Below are positions 52,066 through 64,000 of a DNA stretch of 64,000 nt, in pieces. The DNA is taken from the NCBI GenBank assembly GCA_028826165.1, contig JAPDFW010000108.1, positions 139,777-203,776 on the forward strand, given 5' to 3'. Each line of letters starts with the position of its first letter. The stretch's first letter is position 1. Made by a program: the position numbers and the translations under genes. Under the pieces are notes generated by a model that ran no database searches, was not told where the DNA came from, and saw only the letters and a program-made list of their open reading frames with translations. Origin of the DNA: Anaeramoeba ignava BMAN. Taxonomy: Eukaryota > Protista > Anaeramoebae.

Positions 52066-55000
52066 ATGAACAAAATATTCTTGATTTTATTTTGTTTGAT
52101 TGCTTTTCATTTTTCATTTGTTCAAGTTCAAGATATTCCAGTTGAATATTTTGATTTTCCAATTGGTTTTCATTCACCTTTCATTAATTTAGTTGATTAT
52201 GAAGGAGGTTTTGCTTATATTACAAATTTTAGATATAGTTCCAATCCACTTATTTACAAATTTAATTTGAGTACTTTTGAAATTGTTGATTCAATTGCTT
52301 TGTCAAGAATTTCCATTTCAAATGGAGTAATTGATACTATTCATGGATTTGCTTATTTTATGGGAATAGATTATAGTCCTTGGAAAATTAAAGTTGTGAA
52401 AATTGATTTGAAAACATTCTCAGTTAATGGTAGTTTCTTGCTTTCAACAGATCGTAATATTATTTCAGCTCAAATTGATCAAGAAAATCAAATTGGATAT
52501 TTTGTTTCTGATTATCCCATTTATGCTTTCAAAGTTGATTTGGGAAATATGGTTGAAGAAGCAAAAATAAATCTTTGGAATAATGCAGTTATGGGTTCAG
52601 TACTTGATCTTGAAAACGGTTTTTTTTATGCTTCTACAGATGGGATTTATGGACCAGCTCCAAGATTATTCAAAATTCCAACATCTTCTTTTTGATACTT
52701 ATGAATTGCTTGAATTGGATCCAGAAACAGAAACAAATTTAAATTTTGGAGTGATTGATTATTCTACAAATTTGATGTATTTTGGAACTGATACAAATCC
52801 TATGACAATTGTGAAAATTGATTTAGATACTTATACAAAGGATAGTTCAATGAATGTAACAGGTTTTTTTGATGTTGCAGGAATAGGAATGGATAAAGCA
52901 AACAATCTCCTTTATTTCGTAACTCAAAATCCAGCTCTTGTTAAAATGAATTTGGAAACACTTGGAGTTATTGATCATTTAGATCTTGATACAGATAGTG
53001 CTTATACAGCTTCTTTTAATTTCACAGCTCAAAAAGTTATAATTGGATTGGATTATTCAGAACTTATTGAGGTTGATTTAGTATCATTTACTCAAGATAA
53101 TCAAATTGTTGAAATTGATTTTGCAAACGCAGAAGTGATATTGATTGATGAATTGAATGAGATTGGTTATATTTTATTTAGCAGTTACTATGGATTAATT
53201 GGTCTAGTTGATCTCCAAACATTTCAAGTTGTTGATCATCTATTTCTTGATAATTGTGATGATGATATTTATATTGCTCAAATTGATTCAAAAAACGGAT
53301 TTGCTTATTTCTTTTTCTCTGATGGTTTTTCTATTATCAAATTGAATCTTCAAACTTGGGAACAACAAAAAGTAGATTTTTTTCCAGATGACTCTGATGA
53401 TTTATATATTTATTCCAGTGCTTTTGATGTGGAAAATCAATTTCTTTATGCAGGATTTTACAACGATTCTACAGAGACTAATTTCATTTTCAAAATAAGT
53501 ACTAATTTGGAAATTGTGGATAATGTCCAGCCAGTTATATCTGATCTTGATATTTGGGGTGTTGATTATTTGACTGTTGATTCTTCAAATGGATATTTGT
53601 ATGGATTGCTTGATGTTGATGATGTTGGTTCAGGATATTTTCTTCAAAAATATGATCCAAGCAGTTTGGGAATACTTGGTTCAACAAATTTAACAGATTA
53701 TGATATAACGACAATTAGTTTTGATCATATTCATCAATATTATTATTTTGGAACTGGAGAACCTTTGATGTTAGACAAAGAAAAATCACTTCCCAATGCT
53801 TATACAATTCCACGAGATTCACAATATCCTCAAATTTGCAGAGTGGATGTATCAAGTATGGAACTGATGAATGATTGTGTGGAAGATAATGAAAGTTATT
53901 CTTTGATGGCTTCATTTATTGAACCAAGTTATAGTTACATATTTTTTTTCAGTATTGGTCTCGATGAAGAATGGAATCCAATATCAACATTAGTCCAAGT
54001 TGATACAACAACAAATCAAATTGGAACAATAAATTCATTGAATATTTCATTGTATGAATTTAACTCAGGTTATGATCCTACAACAAATTATGCATATGTT
54101 TTTGCCGAATATTCTCATCCTGTTCCATTTTACAGATTCCAATTACCTGAAACAGGTCCTGAAGTTGATTTGTTGAATTGTTCTTCTTTATATTCAAAAT
54201 TTTCATGTTTTTGGCAACAAAAAGAAAATGATACCTCTCTTCAATTCCAAATCAAATATCAAGATGATTGGGTTGTCATTGAAAATCCAAGTTTTATAGA
54301 AGGAGAAAATGTTTTTTATCAAGAATTTGAATCTCCAACTTATCCAGAAATTTATGGAAATGTTGAATATTCAATCCAAATCAAAGCTTGCAATTTAACA
54401 ACAGAAAAATGTGGCGGAGCATCTTCAAGTATTGATTTAACAACAAGAATTGATTCCTTGAAGAATTTTGATTTGATTGGATTAGCTGAATCAATTAATG
54501 CTTCATGGAACTATCCAAATGTCGAGATTGATGAAGGAATTCCTCAATTTGCTCAATATATGGTTTCTTATTTCAAATTATCAGTTCCACAAATAGTATT
54601 TACACATTCAATCGGAGACACTTCACAAACAACAACTGTATTAAACTTAAGTTTTGGATTTGGCTATAATGTTTCAATGTGGGCTTGTAGAACTTATTCA
54701 TGCCAAGGATATGATAAAGGAGAAGTTGTTTCTGCAATAGCTTATACTGGATTTGGAAAAGTTTCTAATCTTGAATGTGATGTTTCAGATTCAATATTAA
54801 TTAATTGTAGTTGGGATCCTCCTGTTGGTTATTCAATTCCTTCCTATTACAACTTGACTTATCTTTCAGATTCATATGATGATTCAGGAATTTATCAATC
54901 ATCTTCAACAAATCAACTTTTCACAGTGAAAATTCCAAATCAAAACTATCAAATCTTTGTTTCAGCTTGCATTTCAAGTGGAGAATGTGGGAATATTTCC

Positions 55001-56338
55001 TCAATTTCAATAACAACTCAAAATGTTCCAGCTCCTTCAAATATTCAATTAATTTCTAAAATTGAAGAAATTGGAATAATCTTCACTGAATTATCAAGAG
55101 TTCAAGCTTATTTGATTTCAGTTAATAATGGAACAGATTGGGAAGATTTTACAACAATCTATTCAAATGAAATTGAAATGATTGGAACTAAAAGTGGATT
55201 ATCAGGAAATTATGAATATCAAGTTTCAATAAGAGGATGCACTGATTCAAGTTGTGAAACTCAATATTTAGGATTAGCTAGTTCATCAATTCCAATTAAA
55301 CCAAAATTAGGAAATGTTACTTCATTTAATTGTGTTGCAGATGTATGTGGAGCTAATTGTAGTTGGGATAAATTGGAATTATCAGAAGGATTAGAAGCAT
55401 ATTCGTTATCTTATAATTCTGAATCAATATGCATATCAAAATCATTGACAAATTATCCAATTCCAAATTTAATTGGAGATTTAACTTATGAAATTTCAAT
55501 ATTTGCATCTGCTGATCCAGATTGTAAAACAAATGATTATTCAGGAATAAATTCAACAACATCAATTAAAACACTTCCTCTTCCAGCTCCTTCAATTATT
55601 GATTCAATTTCCAAAATTGAAGAAATTGAACTAATTTTCTCTATTGAGCATCAAGAATTAACAAAATCTTATTTAATTTCAACTAATAATGGATTAAGTT
55701 GGGGATATTTCACATCAATTGAATTAAACGGAAGTCAAGTTATTGGAACTAAAAGTGAATTACCAGGAAATTATGAATATGAAGTATTAATAAGAGGATG
55801 TACTGATCCAAGTTGTGGAATGGATTATTTAGGATTAGTTAGTTCATCAATTCTAATTAAACCAAAATTAGGAAATATTACTTCATTTAATTGTGTTCCA
55901 ATAATTTATGGTTTTGAATGTAGTTGGGATCAATTAGGATTATCATTAGGATTAAAAGGATATTCGTTGTCTTATAATTCTGAATCAGTTTGTTTATCAA
56001 CAAAAGAAACAAATTATTCAATTTCAAATTTAACAGCAGGAATAAATTATGAAATTTCAATATTTGCATCTGCTGATCCAAATTGTGAATCAAATGATTA
56101 TTCAGGAATAAATTCAACAACATCAATTCAAACTTTAGCTCCAACAGAAAATGCTAGTGATTCAATAGATAAAAAAGTTGTTACAATTGCAGTTGTTGTT
56201 CCTATTGGTACTATTATTATTATTGCTGGTATTGCTTTTTTGATTCATGGACATCATACAAAAATCAAAAAAATAAAAATTCAAAACAAAAAGGAACTTG
56301 GATTTGATTCAGGATTTGAATGGGCAAAAGTTAATTAA
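52066..56338 (+). CDS. Type-I membrane surface protein: signal peptide, beta-propellers, ~7 FN3 domains, TM, short tail (frameshift in T-run near 52690)
   Basis: MNKIFLILFCLIAFHFSF; propeller repeats as in 8558 and 41928; FN3 motifs INASWNYP..YNVSMWAC, CSWD..YEISIFA; TM VVTIAVVVPIGTIIIIAGIAFLI. Confidence 0.85.
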
Positions 56339-56426
56339 TTAATTAATTAATTAAGGAACAAAATCTTTTCAAAAAAAAATTTTTTTTCTCTTTTTCATTT
56401 TTTCATTTTTTTCTTTTCAAATCAAA

Positions 56427-58208
56427 ATGAAGGAATTAAAACAAACTTTTCTTTTAATTTTAATTTTAATTTTAATAATAATTTCAACTTCAAAACAAGA
56501 TTCAACAACAGAAGAAAAAGAAAAAGAAAAAAGAAAAAGAAGAAATCCCAAATCATTTATGGAGAAGTTTATACACAAAAAGAACAGGAGATGCTTTACT
56601 TGAACATATAACAGATTTATTAGATTCAAGTATGATTGTGATTAAGAAAGGAATAGGGAAACCAAGAACAATAAACACAACAATACATCAAGCAACAAAT
56701 CAAATAGCAAATTGGATTGGATTATTTCCAATTTCAGATGAAGATGAAGAAAAAGAAAGTTTAAATCCAATATTTACTGATTCAATTATTGATTCAGATA
56801 TTAATTCAGATATTGATTCAAAAAACTTGGCAAATGTTGTTAGAGCAAATTTATTGATTACAATTCCTTCTTTTGGAAAAGGATATTTGAAAAATCACAA
56901 GGAATTGGAATTTATCAACAAAATTATGAATGAAAATGTTATTTTGGATTTCCAAACAAGAGATAAAAAAATATTCTCACAAGATGCAGCTTCAGTATTA
57001 ACCACTTTTTTAACAGGAAAATATCCAAAAGATCATGGAATTATGTCAGGATTTTGGGCAAGAAATGATCCACCTTTAAATGCAAATTTACAGGAATTAT
57101 TGCAGCAAGTTTATAAGAATTTATCAACAATAGTTTCAGTTTCTTCACTTAAAGAATATGCCAAAATTTCATCAATAAGACAAGAAATTATTAATAATGT
57201 TGAAACCAAAAGCTTCATTTCTTTTTATGAACACAAAGATAAAAAAATGAAAGGTTTTCTTGATTTGGAACTTAAAAATATTATATCCCAATTAAAAGAT
57301 CATTTGTTTGCTGATTTTATTAAAGATGGCGGTTTAGTTTTCCACAATTACAATGACAATCAACTTGTTATCAAGAATGACAAATTGGATATTAATGTTG
57401 TTTATGATTTGAATGTTGAAGAACAAGCTCAATTTGTTGCTGAATTAATTTTGTTAAACCAACTTTTAGTTTTTAATCCAATAAGAGATGCTCAAGAAAT
57501 AAAATATCCAGATTTTTGGACAATTAGTTTTGGATCTTTACTTTATTTTGAAAGAAGAACTCCAATATTCAACAATTCAACTAAATTAATGGATTATTCA
57601 ATTCAATTTGTAAATCAATTAAAAAATTTCAATTAAAAAAATTCAATTAAAAAAATTTCAATTAAAATTTTTTTAGTTAATTGATCATTTCAACAAGGTT
57701 TATAACTCAAAAACTGCTATTGAAATTTTAATAACTGGTTCTGAAGTTCCTAGTTATAAAAACAAAAAAAGTATTGGCAAAATTATTTTTGATATGTTTG
57801 GTGCTCATCTTAGAACTGATTTGCAAAAAACACAAGAACTTCTCCCAGTAATTTATCTTAAAGAAGACCGTTTAAAGTTTAAACAAGAAGGTTGTCATAA
57901 AATTCGGGACTTTTTAAAAAAACATCATTTTGGATTTGAAGTTCATTGTTTTGTTGATCATGAAGAATTTTTAGAACAAGAAACTCATCCTTTATTATTA
58001 TCAAAAACATAAACCAATTAAAAAAGATTCAAATGATCCAAATGAAAAGAATCAAGTTCATGATATTGAAGAAAATTCATTTGATATTTCAACTTTTAGT
58101 TTTACAGTTCTTTTTAATAATACTTTCTTTTATAACAATAGGGAGTTTTTGTGGAACAAAAATGATTCAACAAAAATAGTAACTGAACCAAAAGAAAAAG
58201 AACAATAA
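56427..58208 (+). CDS. ATP6AP2/(pro)renin-receptor-like protein with alkaline-phosphatase-superfamily-like motif (intron 57610-57676; frameshifts at both ends)
   Basis: Signal-like [19 protein letters not shown]; RANLLITI; AQFVAELILL; PDFWTISFGSL..STKLMDYSIQFLIDHFNKVYNSKTAIEIL; internal TFLTGKYPKDHGI. Confidence 0.5.
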
Positions 58209-58286
58209 GAAACAAAAACAAATAAGAACAAAAAGCAAATAAAAAAAGTTCTTAATTTTTTATTTTGAATTTTTATTTTTAATTTT

Positions 58287-60767
58287 TTAATTGCAATTCC
58301 AAATCTTAATAAGGCAATCAACTGAACCAGTTGCAATTTGAGGAAGTTTTTATTCATATCTTCAAAGCTTGAACAAAATGATCATGAGCATCATTAATTG
58401 TTCTAATACAACGAGAATTTGATAAATCCCATATTTTTATTGAACGATCATCAGAAACACTTATTAAAAATTTTCCACAAGGATGAAAAACAATTGAACG
58501 AACCCAATTTTCATGACCTGATAAAATAAGAACACATTCTTTTGTTTCTAAATTCCAAATTCTAATACTTTTATCTCTTGATCCAGTAGCAAGAAAAGGA
58601 TTATTTATAAAGGTGAATTTTTCCTTTTTATTTTTAAATCCGTTTTAATTCAAAAATTTTTATTATTATTTTTTATTATTTTTACATGTTTAATTTCAAT
58701 AAATTCGTTTGTTGTTTGAGGAGAAAAAGCTAAACATTCAACAACATTTTCATGACCAGAAAGAACTGAAATACATTTATTTGAAGCTAAATCCCAAATT
58801 CTTGCTGTCTATTAAATAATAAAAAAAAACGTCAAAAAAAGTGGAACAAAAAAATTTAAAAAGAAAAAATCTACTTTATCATTTGAACAAGATGCAAATA
58901 TTGTTCCATCTGAATTAACAGCAACTCTTCTAACCCAATCATCATGATCCTCAAAAGTAAACAAACAAAGACCAGTAGAAAAATCCCATAACTTAATAGT
59001 ATTATCACGAGAACAAGAAATAACTTGTGGTTTTTTAGGAACAAAAGCAACTCCAGAAACATTGTGTTCATGGCCTGTCAATGTCTTTTATACAATTCCA
59101 ATCTCTTTGTGAATCATAGACTTTTGACACTCATGTCAGCGCTACTTGTCACTAAAAATTTACCATCTTCATTCCAATCAATGTCTTGAACAATATTTGT
59201 GTGTCCTTTTACAGATTCAATCATTTCTCCAGATTCAATGTCCCATATTTTTGTTGCATCTTCATCTTCGCTGACAGTGTAGCAAACTAAACTAAATACT
59301 GGATGATATTTAACTGCCATTATAGGTGATTTATGTCCTTTTAATATTATTTTTGCTTTGGTGATGTAGGTATAAAATCTGTTTTTGTTTCTTGTTTTTG
59401 TCCTAATGATGTATGACTTAAAATCCCATCTTGTAATCTTGTAATTTGATTTTCTAAATCTACAATCTTTTCAATATTTTAAATAATATATTTAGAAATA
59501 AACAAAAATAAAATTTTAAATAAAATATAAAATATTTAAAAAAATGAAAACATATAAATATAAATATTTAAAATAAATATAAATATTTAAAATAAATATA
59601 ATATTTAAAATAAATATAAATATTTAATAAAAAATATTTTAAAATAAAATAAATATATTTAAAATTTAAAATTTAAAAATAAATAATATAAAAAAAAAAA
59701 ATAAATATTAAAATAAATATAAATATTAAAAATGCAAATATAAATATAAATATAAATATAAATATTTAAATAAAAATATAAATATAAATATTTAAATAAA
59801 TATAAATATAAATATAAATATAAATATAAATATAAATATTTAAATAAATATAAATATAAATATCGAACAAATTAAAAATAAAACATAAATAACAAAGCAT
59901 AAAAATGAAAATATACAACATAAATAAAAATATAAACATTTAAAAATATAAAACAAAATTATAAAATATTTCAAAATATAAATATAAATATAAATATTTA
60001 AAAAATAAAAACATCGAAAAAAAACAAACAAACATAAATATAAACATAAATATTTAAAAATAAATGCTAAAATAAATATAAATAAATAAAAAAAATAAAA
60101 TAAACATTTAAAATAAAATATGTTAAATATAAGCAAATAAAATAAATATAAAATAACATAAATATAAATATATAAAACATAAATATAACATAAAATAAAT
60201 ATAAAATAACATAAATATAAATATATAAAACATAAATATAACATAAAACATAAATATAAATAAATATAAATATTTATAAATAAATATAAAAATAAATATA
60301 AATATAAATATAAATATTAAAAACATAAAATAAATGTTTAAAAAATATGCAAATATAAACATAAAATAAATATCAAATATAAATATAAATATAAATATAA
60401 ATATAAATATTTAATATAAATATTTAAAATAAATATAAAATATTTAAAAAATAAATATAAATATAAATATTTTCATTATACTTTTCTTGTAATCTGAATA
60501 ATTGAAATTCCATTTTCTTCAAGTAATCCTTTTTTAGCTTTTTCATTTTCAATTTTTGGCTTCAACTGCAAATTCTTTTGCAGCATCTTAAAAATTATTT
60601 TTCTTCAAAATATCCAAATATTGAAAGAAATCTATTTTTTATATTTTTTATTTTTTATATTTTTATATTTTTTAATTTTCTTATTTGAATAAATAAATTT
60701 TTAATTTATTCTACAATTTTTGTTGTTTATTGCTTAAAGTAGAACGAATTTTTTTCTTTTCATTCAT
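58287..60767 (-). CDS. PAFAH1B1: LIS1 dynein regulator (LisH, coiled coil, WD40), multi-exon, several frameshifts
   Basis: [69 protein letters not shown], ends [15 protein letters not shown]. Confidence 0.92.
59480..60470. repeat. Degenerate (ATAAAT)n repeat filling a ~1-kb LIS1 intron
   Basis: Direct inspection. Confidence 0.85.
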
Positions 60768-61077
60768 TTTTTTATTATTGAAAAAAATTTATTTTTATTT
60801 TATTTAGAAAAAAATTAAATTAAAAAGAAAAAAAATGAAAAAGAAGAAAAAAAAAATAAATTTTAATTAAAAAGGAGAAAAGCAAAAATAAAAAATGTGT
60901 GTTAAAATAAATAAAAATAAATTAAAAATCATTTTTTTCATTTTTTATTCTTTTTGTTTTATTTTCCCATTATTTCTTTTTATTATTTGTCTTGTTTTAT
61001 TTTATTTTATTTGAAAATTTTTAATTTAAAAAAGTTGAAAAAAAAAATTTTTTAAAATTGATCACAATTATAAAAAA

Positions 61078-63068
61078 ATGAGTATTTGTGTAGATTCGTT
61101 AAGAGACACATTTTTATGTGATTCTGATGAAGAAGAAACTGAAACTATTATTAGTTCTGATGATGACAATGATCTTCATGTTGATCATGTTGTTGATCAT
61201 ACTTTTATTGATATTGTTGATAATTTTTCTAATTCAAAAAAACAAGAAAAACATTCTTTTCAATTTCCTATTTTAACTTTTTCTGAAAGTGAAGATGAAG
61301 ATGATAATAAAAGTAAATTTTTTATTTTTATAATTTTAATTGAAAAAAAAATAGCAAAAAAATTCATAAAAATTTTTCCTTTTTTTTCCTTTTTTTAAAT
61401 TATTTAAAAATTCATTTATAAAATTCATTTATAAAATTAAAATTAATATTAAATTCAAAATTAATATTAAAATTAATTTATAAAATTAAAATTAAAATTA
61501 AAATTAAAATTAAAATTTAAAATTAAAAATTAAAAATTAAAATTAAATTTAAAATTAAAATTAAAATTAAAATTAAAATTAAAATTAAAATTAAAATTAA
61601 AATTAAAAATTAAAATTAAAATTAAAATTAAAAATTAAAATAGAAATGTTATCAAATAGACATAAACAAACCGTAAAGTTACTATTTAAGAAATCACAAA
61701 AATAAACCACATTATGAATTACAAAAATTAGAAAACAGAAGAAATTCAACAAGTACATTATTTGTTGATAATACTTTAACATCACCAGATATTTATTTAG
61801 TTGTTGAATGCTTATCAAAAGCAATTCTTTGTTATATAAAAAATGAAAAAGAAAAAGAAAATGAAAAAGATCCATTTTTAATTTTTAATGAAGAAATTCA
61901 TCCAATTTCTGTATTTATTTTAATTTAAATTTTGAATTAATTTTTATTTTAATTTTAAATTTAAATTTTAATTTTTAATAGAGAAATCCTCCAAAATCTT
62001 TTTATATTCCAAATGAAAATTTTATTCAAAGATTTTTTGCAGCTATTTTTAAAGGAGCAAATGTAATTTTTTATTTTTATTTTTTATTTAAAATTTCAAA
62101 ATAAAATTTAATAATTAAATAAATAATTAAATAAATATAAATAGTTAAGTCCAGAAATTTTAGTTATAATGCTTGTTTATATTGAGAGATTAATTCAAAA
62201 TACAAAAATAATAATTAATCCAAAAAATTGGAGAAGAGTTTGTATTTCTGCTTTAGTTTTAGCAACAAAAGGTAAAATTTAAAATTAATTTATAAAATTA
62301 AAAATAAAATTAAAATTAAAATTAAAATTTAAAATTAAAATTAAAAATTAAAAATTAAAATTAAAATTAAAATTAAAATTAAAATTAAAATTAAAATTAA
62401 AATTAAAATTAAAATAAAATTTAAAATTAAAATTAAAATTAAAATTAAAATTAAAATTAAAAATTAAAATTAAATTTAAAATAAAATTAAAATTAATATT
62501 AAATTTAAAATAAAATTTAAATTAAAATTAAAATTAAAATAATTAAAATTAAAATTAAAATTAAAATTAAATTAAATTAAATAAATTTGATAAATTAAAT
62601 AGAAATCAAAATTAAAAATTAAAAATTAAAATTAAAAATTAAAATAGTTTGGGATGATTTTGCAATAAGAAATGTTGATTGGACAAGTTTATTTTAAAAT
62701 TGATTTTACAATTAAAGATTTAAATGAATTAGAACAAACTTTATTAAATTTAATTGATTATAATGTTCGTGAATTAACAAGCAAGTGTTTATGCAAAATA
62801 TTATTTTGAATTAAGAGCATTAAGTGAATTTGATAATAAAATATTTCCTTTAGCTCCTTTTAGATAAAGAAGAACAAGAAAGATTAGAAGTAATTATTAA
62901 TTATTTTAATTTAAATTTTAAATTTAATTTTTAATTTTAATTTTAATTTTTTAGTCACGTTCTTTATTAACTGAACAGAAAAGAAATTTTTAGAAATAAA
63001 AAGATTTCTCAAGTGATTCAAAATTAGATGTGAAAAAAAATTCACCAGCTTTTATCAAACATGTTTAG
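61078..63068 (+). CDS. CCNY: Cyclin Y family protein, multi-exon, frameshifts
   Basis: IFNEEIHPIS, LSPEILVIMLVYIERL, NWRRVCISALVLATKVWDD..RNVD, DLNELEQTLLNLIDYNV, SVYAKYYFELRAL, FPLAP. Confidence 0.88.
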
Positions 63069-63182
63069 GTTTTTCTTGTTTGTTTTCTTGTTTTCTTGTT
63101 TTTGTTTTTGTTTTGTTTTTCCTTTTAAAAAAAAAATAATAAATTAAAAAGAAAAGAATTTATTTTTCAATTAACAATGAAA

Positions 63183-64000
63183 TTAATAAATCAATAAAAA
63201 GTGGAATGAAATTTTGATTTTTGTTTTCTTTCTTAATTTTTGAATTGAAAAAGGGTAAAAAAAGAATTGAAAAAAGAATTGAAAAAGGAAAAGAAAAGAA
63301 AAGAAAAATTTGTTCCTTTTTGTTGTTATTGTTATTGCTTGTTTTTGTTTTTGTGATTGAATTAAAACATCATTTGAAAGTTCAATTTCTTGATTTTGAT
63401 TTTGATTTTTATTCTTTGATTTTTTTGAACGTTTTCTTAACCAAATGATAACAACAATGATAATAGCAATAACAATAATAGGAACAAGAACTGCTGGAAT
63501 AACTACTTTTGTATCTGTTGGAACTATCAATTAGCTTCTTCTGTTGGTGAAGGAATAGTTGTAATTGAAGTTGATGAAGATAATCCCTGAATATTGATTT
63601 GTTTCACATCTCCAATCAGCAGATGCAAATATTGAAATTTCATAATTTTCTCCTCCAATTAAATTGAAAATTGAAAATTTTGTTAATGATTTTGCCAAAC
63701 AAATTGATTCGTAGAATTATAAGATAACGAATATCCTCTTAATCCATTTGATAATTCTAATCCATTCCATTCACATTCAAATCCACAAATTGTTGGATTA
63801 CAATTTAATCCTGTTATATTCCCTAATTTAGGTTTAATTGTAATTGTTGAACTTGGATATCCTGCATATTCAACTGTACAACTTGTATCATCACTCATCC
63901 GAAATATAATAATCAACATTTCCAGATAATTCATTTATTGTTCCAATCATTTCATTTCCATTTGAAATTAATGTTGTGAAATTTATCCAACTCATAGAAC
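63183..64000 (-). CDS. 3' end of an FN3 + TM surface protein, paralog of 52066-56338 (truncated by window edge; frameshifts)
   Basis: IKPKLGNITGLNCNPTICGFECEWNGLELSNGLRGYSLSYNS matches the FN3 unit of the 52-56 kb gene; TM VVIPAVLVPIIVIAIIIVVIIW followed by RKRSKK. Confidence 0.8.

Overview
Extremely AT-rich eukaryotic (protist) genomic DNA, gene-dense, standard genetic code, with GT-AG introns that the ORF track cannot join. The composition, NE/NQ/SK low-complexity tracts, expanded RCC1-BTB and small-GTPase families and a TCA initiator-like motif suggest a free-living metamonad such as Anaeramoeba (inference only). About 25 genes or gene copies were reconstructed by hand: three tandem RCC1-BTB genes (two ending in a CaaL prenylation box), a small coiled-coil orphan, four members of a beta-propeller/FN3 surface-protein family, eIF2B-alpha (3.4-kb satellite intron), a FAAP100-like gene, Ras, MO25, Vps39-like, a myristoylated CCCH-zinc-finger/pseudo-PARP gene, Rab, cullin-4, SCYL2-like, Ku70, four tandem ARM-repeat genes with a hydrophobic N-terminus and one repeat per phase-1 exon, an ATP6AP2-like gene, LIS1 and cyclin Y. 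Many frameshifts fall in homopolymers or microsatellites and probably reflect long-read consensus errors. The best novel-system candidates are the exon-shuffling ARM array (44.2-51.7 kb), the ZAP-like CCCH/pseudo-PARP, the prenylated RCC1-BTB adaptors and the modular surface beta-propeller family. All family assignments come from motif recognition by eye, not database searches.
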